From Polyangiaceae bacterium (GTDB taxonomy: Bacteria > Myxococcota_A > Polyangia > Polyangiales > Polyangiaceae): a stretch of 64,000 nt of DNA. The notes below the pieces were generated by a model. The model saw only the letters and a program-made list of their open reading frames with translations, was not told the origin of the DNA and did no database searches. Where the stretch lies: the NCBI GenBank assembly GCA_033763455.1, contig JANRKO010000023.1:160001-224000 (forward strand), written 5' to 3'. The translations under genes and the position numbers were made by a program. Below are positions 19,430 to 27,515 of the stretch, one piece after another; position 1 is the first letter of the stretch, and each line of letters starts with the position of its first letter.

Positions 19430-20872
19430 TCAGGCGCGAGCGACAATGCCCGGGGCCTTCACTTTCGCCAGCGCGAAGATAGTGTTGATGGGGTTTACCC
19501 CAAGGGCAGTTGGGAAAACGCTGGCATCACAAACAAATAGATTGTCAAAACCGTGTACGACCAGGCTGCTATCCACTGCGCCCAACTCCGGATCGTCCGA
19601 CATAGGATTTCCGCCCTGAGGGTGGGAACTTCCGCAGGAAATCTCCCCGATAGAACGGAACAAGCGTGGTGTACGTCTCAGCTCCTCGGCATCCGCAAAG
19701 GATCGGAGTCGGTGCGTCGGCATCGCGACGGACCTGGCGCCTGCGGCAAATAGCACCTGGGCGGCCTGCCGGTTCGCTTGCTCAAGGTTGGCAAGGTCAG
19801 CCGAGGGCATCTTGAATAAGATTTCTTCACCTTGAGTAAAGCGGCTTAGGCGCACCCTACCGACCGGCGCCGTCGGAACGATACAGCCAACATACGCAAG
19901 ATGGCGCAAGCGCTGCATTTGTCGTCCGTGATCGCCACCCCAGCCGGCGGTCGTGAGGGCTGCGCTCATTGGCGGATTGTGGGTGGCCTCCAGGAGCCAA
20001 TTCGGCGTTCTCACACAGGCGGTCATTTGATCGCCATCGAAACCGTCGAGCTCGTCCTCGAAGTCCCCGGCGAGCGCTGTCGCGGCGTTGAACGAAACCC
20101 GCGTACCAATGTGTTTCGTCACACCACTTGCCAATAACAGGCCGCTCGAGCCGATAGCACCACCTGCCACGACGACCACCCGAGCCTGAACCAGGAGTTC
20201 CTCGCCGCCACGACCCACGCGCACTCGCACCCCTCGCACGGCACCCGCTCGATGTTCAAGCTTTTCCGCAAGGGCTTCGGGCAACACCTCCGCACCTGCC
20301 GATTCTGCTTGAGCTAAATAGGTCAGATCCGCGCTCTTTTTTGTCCCGAAGGTGCATCCCACGTTGCACTGGCCGCATCCGAGGCATCCCCCAACGGCCT
20401 TCTGCATCCAGCTCGGCGAAAGGCCCAGCTGGTCCGCCCCCTCAAAGAACCGGCGTGAGCTCTTCGTTATCGTATTGCGGGAGGCTTGGCGGACCTCAAG
20501 CTCCTCCTCTACTTCGGCATAGGCCTCATTCATGGAGCCCGTTGCAATATTGGCTCCAAGCCCACGCCATTGCGCGAACACAGACGGATCCGCACGTAAC
20601 ATGACCATGTTCGAAAGCACGGAAGAGCCACCGACCACGGTACCTTGAAGAACGAAGAGGTCCATCGAAGCATTGAGCTGCATGCCCCCATCCTTGTAGA
20701 GGCTAGGGATCATCCGCAGCTCATTGTGCGTCATATCCGCCGGACGCATGCGCGGACCGCGCTCCAAAACGAGCGTTCGTAGCCCCTTGCGCGCTGCCTC
20801 TAGAGCAACAACAGAGCCCCCTGCACCCGAACCCACGACACACACATCGACGCAACGCCTACGCATAGGCAC
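19430..20872 (-). CDS. GMC-family FAD oxidoreductase
   Basis: VVGSGAGG, GTVVGGSS, C.GCG.C..GC, SSHPQGG, DASVFPTALGVNP. Confidence 0.9.
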   Translation of the reverse strand: MPMRRRCVDVCVVGSGAGGSVVALEAARKGLRTLVLERGPRMRPADMTHNELRMIPSLYKDGGMQLNASMDLFVLQGTVVGGSSVLSNMVMLRADPSVFAQWRGLGANIATGSMNEAYAEVEEELEVRQASRNTITKSSRRFFEGADQLGLSPSWMQKAVGGCLGCGQCNVGCTFGTKKSADLTYLAQAESAGAEVLPEALAEKLEHRAGAVRGVRVRVGRGGEELLVQARVVVVAGGAIGSSGLLLASGVTKHIGTRVSFNAATALAGDFEDELDGFDGDQMTACVRTPNWLLEATHNPPMSAALTTAGWGGDHGRQMQRLRHLAYVGCIVPTAPVGRVRLSRFTQGEEILFKMPSADLANLEQANRQAAQVLFAAGARSVAMPTHRLRSFADAEELRRTPRLFRSIGEISCGSSHPQGGNPMSDDPELGAVDSSLVVHGFDNLFVCDASVFPTALGVNPINTIFALAKVKAPGIVARA

Positions 20873-21368
20873 TTACCGACGGCGGGGTACGCACGACACT
20901 GAGCGCAGCGCGCTTGCGCTGAAATCTCGGCCTATTGGGCACATCCACGAATTGTGTGGCGCCCTTGGCGGCCTCGTCCCCATACACACCCATGAACACC
21001 AAGTAACGAACCTTGGCGCAGAGGCGGTACACGCGGTGCCCGTGTTCAAACTTATGGTAGAGGAACGCACGGCGCTCGCTCACGCCCATTTGCGACAGGC
21101 GAGACCCCGTGGAGACTACCGGCAGGAGCTCAAGCGTGGCGAGCAGCGCCCGAACGCGAAACGCTCGACGTGAGTTCCCGCAGATAAGAAATGTCTCCAC
21201 ATTGTCGGCAATTTGCTCTTTGCTAATCGCGACTGGGCTTCCTTCGTGGAGTGCTTCGGCGATGGCGGTCAAGACTTTCCACTCCCAGTTGGAAAGCGCG
21301 CGCCCCGGATCTACCCGAGGCAGAGTTCGGTACACTAATTCTTCGAGAGGCAAGGTAATGAACGGCAC
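20859..21368 (-). CDS. Small partner protein of the GMC oxidoreductase (possibly gluconate-2-dehydrogenase subunit-3-like)
   Basis: Overlaps the GMC start; helical, with LSQMGVSERRAFL and a LVFMGVYGD motif. Confidence 0.55.
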   Translation of the reverse strand: MPFITLPLEELVYRTLPRVDPGRALSNWEWKVLTAIAEALHEGSPVAISKEQIADNVETFLICGNSRRAFRVRALLATLELLPVVSTGSRLSQMGVSERRAFLYHKFEHGHRVYRLCAKVRYLVFMGVYGDEAAKGATQFVDVPNRPRFQRKRAALSVVRTPPSVSAYA

Positions 21369-21583
21369 AAGACATTCTTGCGAATGACCTCGTCAAATTC
21401 GCTACGATTGTGAAAACTCCTGAAGACGCGCTCCTGGTGTAGCGCCTTGTGCTTGGTGGCCGGGAGCTCGTCGGAACTGGGAGGCGGCAGGAGTGGGCGC
21501 GAGTTAAGGGGTAGGATCTGCGATTGGGTCCGTGTGTGTTTTCTGCACACCCTGGTTCAGCGCCTTCGAAGCACTTCAGAACT

Positions 21584-21610
21584 GTGACGAATGTGTCATA
21601 ACTGAGGCAA
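21584..21610 (+). promoter_or_regulatory. Degenerate Pho-box-like repeat (GTGAC-N6-GTCAT-N6-GGCAA) in a divergent promoter region
   Basis: CTGTGACGAAT GTGTCATAACT, 11-bp period, about 35 bp before the ORF at 21645. Confidence 0.35.
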
Positions 21611-21644
21611 AATCCTAGGGCTGCCCTTCGCGCTTGCTACATTT

Positions 21645-22928
21645 GTGTTTGTGGTCAAGCGCTTCTTGTTTGGGATCCTCGGTGCGGCATCGTTCAGCTA
21701 CGCGTGGAATGGCACGGTCGCTCTCTGGCTAGGTCGTTACGATCAGGTCACGTGGGAAGTTGAGAATCCGGAAGTGCCAGCTCCCCCTGGAAACTCGGGT
21801 CCTTATCGAGTGAGGGTCGTGGACACGCGTCGGGTTGTCCCGAGCGAAGGCATGAATCCAGACGTTAACGTGCAGAACGCCAACAACAACTTGCATGCTG
21901 TCCGCCATACGGATGGGCGCGTTTACCTTGCCTGGCGAAGCGCGCCCACGCACTTCGCCAGCGAGTTCGCTGAGATCATCGTCGCGAGTAGCGAGGATGA
22001 GAAAAACTGGCGCAACGAGGCGTCATTTTCGATGTCCACGGATCTCCGCGAACCTCAGCTTGCGTCCCTCAATGGTAGGCTCCACTTGTACGTCTCGAAG
22101 TTGGGCGCAAACGCATTCGACTTCGCCCCCGCGGGGGTTTACGTGGCAACTCGCAGCGAATCCGGAGTTTGGAGCAAGCTTTCCGAGCTCGGCTTACCGG
22201 GGCAAATTGCCTGGAGTGTGCGTTCGCAGGGATCGTTCGCCCTGATGTCAGCCTACAAGGGCGGTGAGAATATGTACGCGCTTTTTCCGGAACCACTCAG
22301 CGTGAATCTTCTCGCGAGCTCAGACGGGGTGTCATTTCGGCCGTGGTACCCCGGCTCGGCCCCCTTTTACCAGGGAGGCGCGTCGGAGACGGATTTCGCT
22401 GTGACCGATTCAGGTAGCTTCCTTACGGTCATGCGCAACGAAGCCGGAGACGCCACAGGTTTCGGATCTATTGTGTGCGAGCGCGCGCGTCCGAAGGCCG
22501 GTGTGGCACCCATATGTCGATCGGATCCCAGGAAGTTCGATTCTCCGCGACTCTTTCGCTTTGCTCGGGAAACGTACCTCATCGCGCGGCGCAATGTCAC
22601 CGATACGGGGGTTTTCGATCAGCCTCCCGGATTCTTCAACCGCGGGCCCCTGCGCCGTGGGGTGAATCAGTTGAAATACATTGTAGAGCGCAAGCGGTGC
22701 TCCGTTTGGCATTACGTGGCGCAGGAACAACGTTTCACGTTCGAGCTCGATTTGCCCTCGCGAGGTGATACGTGCTTTGCCTCGATTCTTCGGGGAAGTA
22801 ACCCTTCAGAAGTGGTGGTGTACGACTACAGTTCCGACATCCAAGGTCCGGATGTACCGTGGACGGTCGGGCAACGTTCCCCCACGTTTATCTATCGGCA
22901 CGTCCTTGATTTCCATCCACCACCGTGA
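21645..22928 (+). CDS. Exported hypothetical protein, possibly a sialidase-like beta-propeller
   Basis: N-terminal hydrophobic anchor; Asp-box-like SSEDEKNW and SSDGVSF; DLREP. Confidence 0.65.
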   Translation: MFVVKRFLFGILGAASFSYAWNGTVALWLGRYDQVTWEVENPEVPAPPGNSGPYRVRVVDTRRVVPSEGMNPDVNVQNANNNLHAVRHTDGRVYLAWRSAPTHFASEFAEIIVASSEDEKNWRNEASFSMSTDLREPQLASLNGRLHLYVSKLGANAFDFAPAGVYVATRSESGVWSKLSELGLPGQIAWSVRSQGSFALMSAYKGGENMYALFPEPLSVNLLASSDGVSFRPWYPGSAPFYQGGASETDFAVTDSGSFLTVMRNEAGDATGFGSIVCERARPKAGVAPICRSDPRKFDSPRLFRFARETYLIARRNVTDTGVFDQPPGFFNRGPLRRGVNQLKYIVERKRCSVWHYVAQEQRFTFELDLPSRGDTCFASILRGSNPSEVVVYDYSSDIQGPDVPWTVGQRSPTFIYRHVLDFHPPP

Positions 22929-22964
22929 CGGCTTGCCCGCCTGAGGCGGTGAGGTCTACCTGCC

Positions 22965-24614
22965 TTGCGTTCGGCATACGGTCGTCACGTGGCTGCCTTG
23001 CAAGGATGCCAAGATCCGCAGGCCTTGACCCATAGCTCCGATAGCTTAGTTCCGTTGCCCCACCGCCTACTAGGTTTGGGTTTGGTGGCTTTCAGCCTGC
23101 TGGCGTCGCGGTGCACTCGGCTAGAGAGCGCTTCCGACTTTTTCCCTCAAGCCGCCTCGGCTGGCGGCATCGCCGGAGCGAACGGGCCGGGAGTCATGGG
23201 CGGAACTGGGAACGTTGGCATAGGTGCCGGTGGAATGGCCCAAGGTCTGCCGATAGGAGGAGGGAACTCGGTGGGAGGAAGCGTCTCTGGCGGAGCGAGT
23301 GGCGGCCCGAATGGGCTGTCTGGCGGAGCAGGAGCGAACGGAACCGGGGGTGCCGCGAACGCGAGCTGCCCGCCCGTCCCCGAAAGAGTGCGGGTGGAGC
23401 TCGGAGGGCCGGCTGGCCTCGATATCGCCGAAGACACGACCTGGACCTGCCGGAACCTGTACGTGCTCATGGGGCAAGTGTTTGTGCGCGCTGGTTTCAC
23501 ATTACGCATAGAGGCTGGAACTGTCGTCCAAGCTGCCCATCCTCAGGCATTCTTGCTTTCGGTGCGGGGTGGTCGTATCGAGGCCTTCGGCACCGAGCAG
23601 GCACCGATTCTGTTCACAAGTGGCAAAGTAGTCGGCACGCGTGCAGCGGGCGATTGGCGCGGCTTGATCTTGATTGGCGGCGCCCGCACCAATCAGGCAC
23701 CCAATTCCACCGTCCACGATACGGTCGGGGACGCGCGCGCGCAGTACGGCGGTGGCCCATTGGGCCCCGGGAGCGGCAGCTGCGGCATCTTGCGTTACGT
23801 GCGGGTGGAGTATGCAGGCGGGAACATTGGCGACAACGCCTTGCCGGCGGCAGGGCTGACTCTCGCTGGCTGCGGTAGTGAAACCATCGTTGAGAATGTG
23901 CATGTACATCGCTCGGGCGATGGCATCGGATTACTGGGTGGAACAGCACCGCTGCGCAAAGTGATCGTAAGCGGTGCCCTTGACGATGGAATCGAATGGG
24001 TGTCCGGCTACACGGGCAGCATGCAATATGTGGTGGTGCAAATGTATGGGGCCTTCTCCACAGCGCTCACCAGCAACAACTCCGAGAGCAACCCTTCTGC
24101 GGATCCCGCGTCGGAGCCCACGATCTTCAACGCTACCTTGGTAGGCAACCCTCAAAGTCCGCTCACGAGTGACCAGGAAACCGGAGTTGCCTTTGCTTTC
24201 GGTGGCGGTGGGTACCTACGAAATTCTGTAGTGCTCGGGTTCAGGAAATGGGCGAGCGACGTGTTGGGTGGCGAATCGACGGCGCTGGCCACATCCGGCA
24301 AGCTCGACGTCAGCCATTCGATTTTCTTTGGAAACAGCGATCCAGCATTCCCTGGCACGGCCGACGATCTGTTCGACGAGACCGCATTTTTCACTGACGA
24401 AAGCCGCAAGAATCGCTTTGTGGATCCACAGCTCGTACGGCCCCAGGATGAGCTCGCACCAGACTTCTCACCCATGAGCTCGGAAGTCGACCAACTCCCG
24501 GCACAAATCCCGACCGACCTTGATTCGCTCGCCGTGTTTCGTGGAGCACTTCCAGTGCAGGTCTTTGGGGCGACGGACTGGACGAAGGGCTGGACCGCCT
24601 TCCCACGTAACTAG
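22965..24614 (+). CDS. Gly-rich exported beta-helix-type lipoprotein (paralog 1)
   Basis: LRIEAGT, PILFTS, GDWRGL, LRYVRVEYAG, DDGIEW..GY.G; ends WTKGWTAFPRN. The true start is probably downstream of 22965. Confidence 0.8.
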   Translation: MRSAYGRHVAALQGCQDPQALTHSSDSLVPLPHRLLGLGLVAFSLLASRCTRLESASDFFPQAASAGGIAGANGPGVMGGTGNVGIGAGGMAQGLPIGGGNSVGGSVSGGASGGPNGLSGGAGANGTGGAANASCPPVPERVRVELGGPAGLDIAEDTTWTCRNLYVLMGQVFVRAGFTLRIEAGTVVQAAHPQAFLLSVRGGRIEAFGTEQAPILFTSGKVVGTRAAGDWRGLILIGGARTNQAPNSTVHDTVGDARAQYGGGPLGPGSGSCGILRYVRVEYAGGNIGDNALPAAGLTLAGCGSETIVENVHVHRSGDGIGLLGGTAPLRKVIVSGALDDGIEWVSGYTGSMQYVVVQMYGAFSTALTSNNSESNPSADPASEPTIFNATLVGNPQSPLTSDQETGVAFAFGGGGYLRNSVVLGFRKWASDVLGGESTALATSGKLDVSHSIFFGNSDPAFPGTADDLFDETAFFTDESRKNRFVDPQLVRPQDELAPDFSPMSSEVDQLPAQIPTDLDSLAVFRGALPVQVFGATDWTKGWTAFPRN

Positions 24615-24681
24615 CGCCCCCTCCCTTCGTCCTAGGAAACGTGAACGCAACGCTCGAAAGACCGCGAGGCGTTGACTGCTC

Positions 24682-24697
24682 GTCACACCGAAGTCAC
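24682..24697 (+). promoter_or_regulatory. Pho-box-like direct repeat GTCAC-accgaa-GTCAC
   Basis: Exact repeats at 24682 and 24693, ending 28 bp before ATG 24726. Confidence 0.55.
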
Positions 24698-24725
24698 CTG
24701 CGTGAGGGATGTTCCTGCGACGCAA

Positions 24726-26435
24726 ATGAAAAACTCCGCTTCCCTCAAGGCGATCGGTGCGACATGCGCCGTTCTGGCGATCCTTACTTCCTGCAAACGG
24801 GAGGACGGTGCCGCGCCTTCTGGCTCAGGCGGCGCATCAGCCATGACGGGTGGTAGCGTAAACGGGGCGGGTGGTGCGAATTCGGGTGGTACAAGCGCCG
24901 CTGGCAGTGGCGGGCTAGGTGGAATGCCAGGCCAAGGTGCGGGCGCCGCTGGCGCACCCGTATCGGGTGGCAGCGCCGGGATGGGCCAGGGCGGCCAGGC
25001 GGGAATGAACCCAGGCTCAGCGGGGCAAGCGGGCAGCGCGGGAGCGCCTAGCTCGAAGTGCGGACAGGAGAGCGCACGACCCGTAGTAGAGATCGATGCC
25101 GATCTGACTTCGTCGAGAACTTGGACGTGCGACAAGATTTACCTTTTGAACCGGCCTATCAACGTGGTGGGCACGGTGGAGTCCCGAACCGTGCTAACAA
25201 TCGAGCCAGGTACGCTCATCCGCGGGGCCAAGGGGGTTATGGGTCAGGTGCTCCCTGGTGCTCTTATCGTGACGCGCACCGGCCAGTTGATTGCGGACGG
25301 CACCCGAGAGGAGCCGATCGTGTTCACGAGCAACGTTCCGGTAGGTCAGAGAAGCCCTGGGGATTGGGGGGGCGTCATCTTGCTCGGGCGAGGGCCAAAC
25401 AACGTCGGTGAAACCAACGTGGAAGGTGTCCCTCAGGGCGAAGTCACCAAGCACGGTGCGCCGTTGGGAAGTGCTGACCACGCGTGGAATTGCGGCGTCA
25501 TGCGTTTCGTTCGCATCGAGTTTTCTGGATTCATATTGACCGGATCCAAGGAAATCAACGGCCTTACTCTGGGTTCGTGCGGGTACGAAACCACGATCGA
25601 CCATATCCAGGTACATCGTGGCTCGGACGATGGCGTAGAGCTGTTTGGCGGAGTGCCTGACCTCAAGCATGTGGTAATCACCGGGGCGCAGGATGACTCC
25701 CTCGACTGGGACCAAGGCTATTCGGGTCGTATCCAGTACTTGGTGGCTCAGCTTCACCCCGGCGATGCGGACAAAGCCATCGAAGCTGACAACAACGAGA
25801 AAGCGCCTCTGGCAGTGCCGATTTCCACACCGCGCCTGTTCAATCTGACGCTCATCGGGGTCAATCTTGGCGGAGCGCTGCCCACCAGCAGCGTAGGCAT
25901 CACGCTGCGAAATGGCAGTCACGGGAGCATTCGGAACAGCATCATCATGGGTTTTGATGCTGGTGCGCTCGACGTCGCTGGCAATGAATCTGAAGCCGCA
26001 CTTCAAACGGCAAGGCTGTCGGTCGAAAACTCGATCTTCGTGGGGGTGCCCGGCAAGCTATTTCCGACCGGGAGCGACGACAAGGCCGACAACGATCTGA
26101 TCGAGTCGGATTTTTTCGCGAAGTTCGCGTTCAGCAATCGTTCATTCGCTGACGCTGCCGAAGCCTCAGCCGCGTCCCTGCTGCCTGATCCATTCCATCT
26201 GTCGTCCCCCAATTGGGTTCCGATCAGCAATTCTCCCGCGGCCAGCATGGCCGAGGCACCGAGCGAGCTTCCTCTAGAAGGCTATGCGGGAGCCGGTGCG
26301 GGTGGTGCCGGCGGCGCGGGGGCGATTACCCCACAGCGCCCCCCATTTTTCGACCTTGAGGCCACCTTTGTTGGGGCGTTCGAGCCTGGTGGAAACAATT
26401 GGGCCGAGGGCTGGACGGCATTCCCGCCCAACTGA
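24726..26435 (+). CDS. Gly-rich exported beta-helix-type lipoprotein (paralog 2)
   Basis: Lipobox LTSC; LTIEPGT, PIVFTS, GDWGGV, EINGLTLG, DDGVELFGG, DDSLDWDQGY.G, IEADN; ends WAEGWTAFPPN. Confidence 0.85.
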   Translation: MKNSASLKAIGATCAVLAILTSCKREDGAAPSGSGGASAMTGGSVNGAGGANSGGTSAAGSGGLGGMPGQGAGAAGAPVSGGSAGMGQGGQAGMNPGSAGQAGSAGAPSSKCGQESARPVVEIDADLTSSRTWTCDKIYLLNRPINVVGTVESRTVLTIEPGTLIRGAKGVMGQVLPGALIVTRTGQLIADGTREEPIVFTSNVPVGQRSPGDWGGVILLGRGPNNVGETNVEGVPQGEVTKHGAPLGSADHAWNCGVMRFVRIEFSGFILTGSKEINGLTLGSCGYETTIDHIQVHRGSDDGVELFGGVPDLKHVVITGAQDDSLDWDQGYSGRIQYLVAQLHPGDADKAIEADNNEKAPLAVPISTPRLFNLTLIGVNLGGALPTSSVGITLRNGSHGSIRNSIIMGFDAGALDVAGNESEAALQTARLSVENSIFVGVPGKLFPTGSDDKADNDLIESDFFAKFAFSNRSFADAAEASAASLLPDPFHLSSPNWVPISNSPAASMAEAPSELPLEGYAGAGAGGAGGAGAITPQRPPFFDLEATFVGAFEPGGNNWAEGWTAFPPN

Positions 26436-26467
26436 GCTGCAGCACACGGTCGGAGCCGCGACCGCAG

Positions 26468-27514
26468 CTAGAAGCTCGCGCTGCAGTGCACGGTGGTCGC
26501 TCCGAGCATGCATCCGAAGCGGGATGAAGCTCGCTCCGCAGATGGCGGAGACGACAAGAGAAGCGTGACGAGGCCCCCCGCCATCAACGCACCGCCTGCC
26601 CCATAGAGAATCAGCATACGCTGTTCCGACCTGTTCATGTCGCGCTCGATCCCGGCGCACTGGTCACCGCGGGAACGCCCAAGGGGTGCCTCGCAAGCCG
26701 CGCTGTTCCACTGGCTGGCCTTGTCTTCACGGTCCAAATGAAACGGCACAGCGGCACCCGCTCCGACGGCGCCGAGGGTCAAAACCACACTCCCGAGAAA
26801 CCGACCGGTCGAGCCTTTGGCCCCGCTGGGTTCTTTTTCTAGGGCAGTTTTGATTGGTTCGCGCGATGTTTGCCGCGGGGGTAATTGGATGGGTCGAGCC
26901 GCGGTGCCCACGGTGCGCAGCGCATTTCCGTGCTCATCCAACAACACAAGTAAGAATTCTCGCGGAGCGTTCTTACTGGGAATGGAAACGATTACAGGCT
27001 CTCCCTTAACGACCTTGACCTTCGTCGCAGTATACCGCCCACCTGCGCGGCGGGAGCGAACTCCAAGCGCGCGCACCATATCTGCAGGATCGGTCACTTC
27101 AACGATCAGCTGTTTTTGATCGTCGCTAAACGTGGCTCGAGCATCCAGCTTCTCGTCAATGCTCTTCCAGAACCCGAGGGCTTCGGCATACGGTCCACGC
27201 AGCTTCGGCGATAGGCTCTTCTCAAGACGCGTGTCGGGGTTGATACCAATGAGCGCCGTAAAAGCGGCTTTGGCCTCGTCCTCCTCACCCAGAGCTGCGG
27301 CGGACATGGCAAGTAGGAAATACAAGCGCTCGGTGTCACGCGGCTTGTGGGAACCGCGCGATAACGCCTCCTTGGCCACTTCCCGCGTTCGCGAAAAATC
27401 AACCTCCCGATAGGCTGTTTCTGCCTGCTGAATCGAGGCCGGGCTCTTGGCCCAAGCGGCGTTGGCAGTTGCCAGAAATAAGCACAAAACACTCAGCCTT
27501 ATGAGTACACACAT
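26468..27514 (-). CDS. TPR-like exported/membrane protein
   Basis: Signal peptide, TPR-like helices, two hydrophobic segments, ends VHCSASF. Starts 1 bp after the kinase stop. Confidence 0.7.
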   Translation of the reverse strand: MCVLIRLSVLCLFLATANAAWAKSPASIQQAETAYREVDFSRTREVAKEALSRGSHKPRDTERLYFLLAMSAAALGEEDEAKAAFTALIGINPDTRLEKSLSPKLRGPYAEALGFWKSIDEKLDARATFSDDQKQLIVEVTDPADMVRALGVRSRRAGGRYTATKVKVVKGEPVIVSIPSKNAPREFLLVLLDEHGNALRTVGTAARPIQLPPRQTSREPIKTALEKEPSGAKGSTGRFLGSVVLTLGAVGAGAAVPFHLDREDKASQWNSAACEAPLGRSRGDQCAGIERDMNRSEQRMLILYGAGGALMAGGLVTLLLSSPPSAERASSRFGCMLGATTVHCSASF

Positions 27515-27515
27515 G

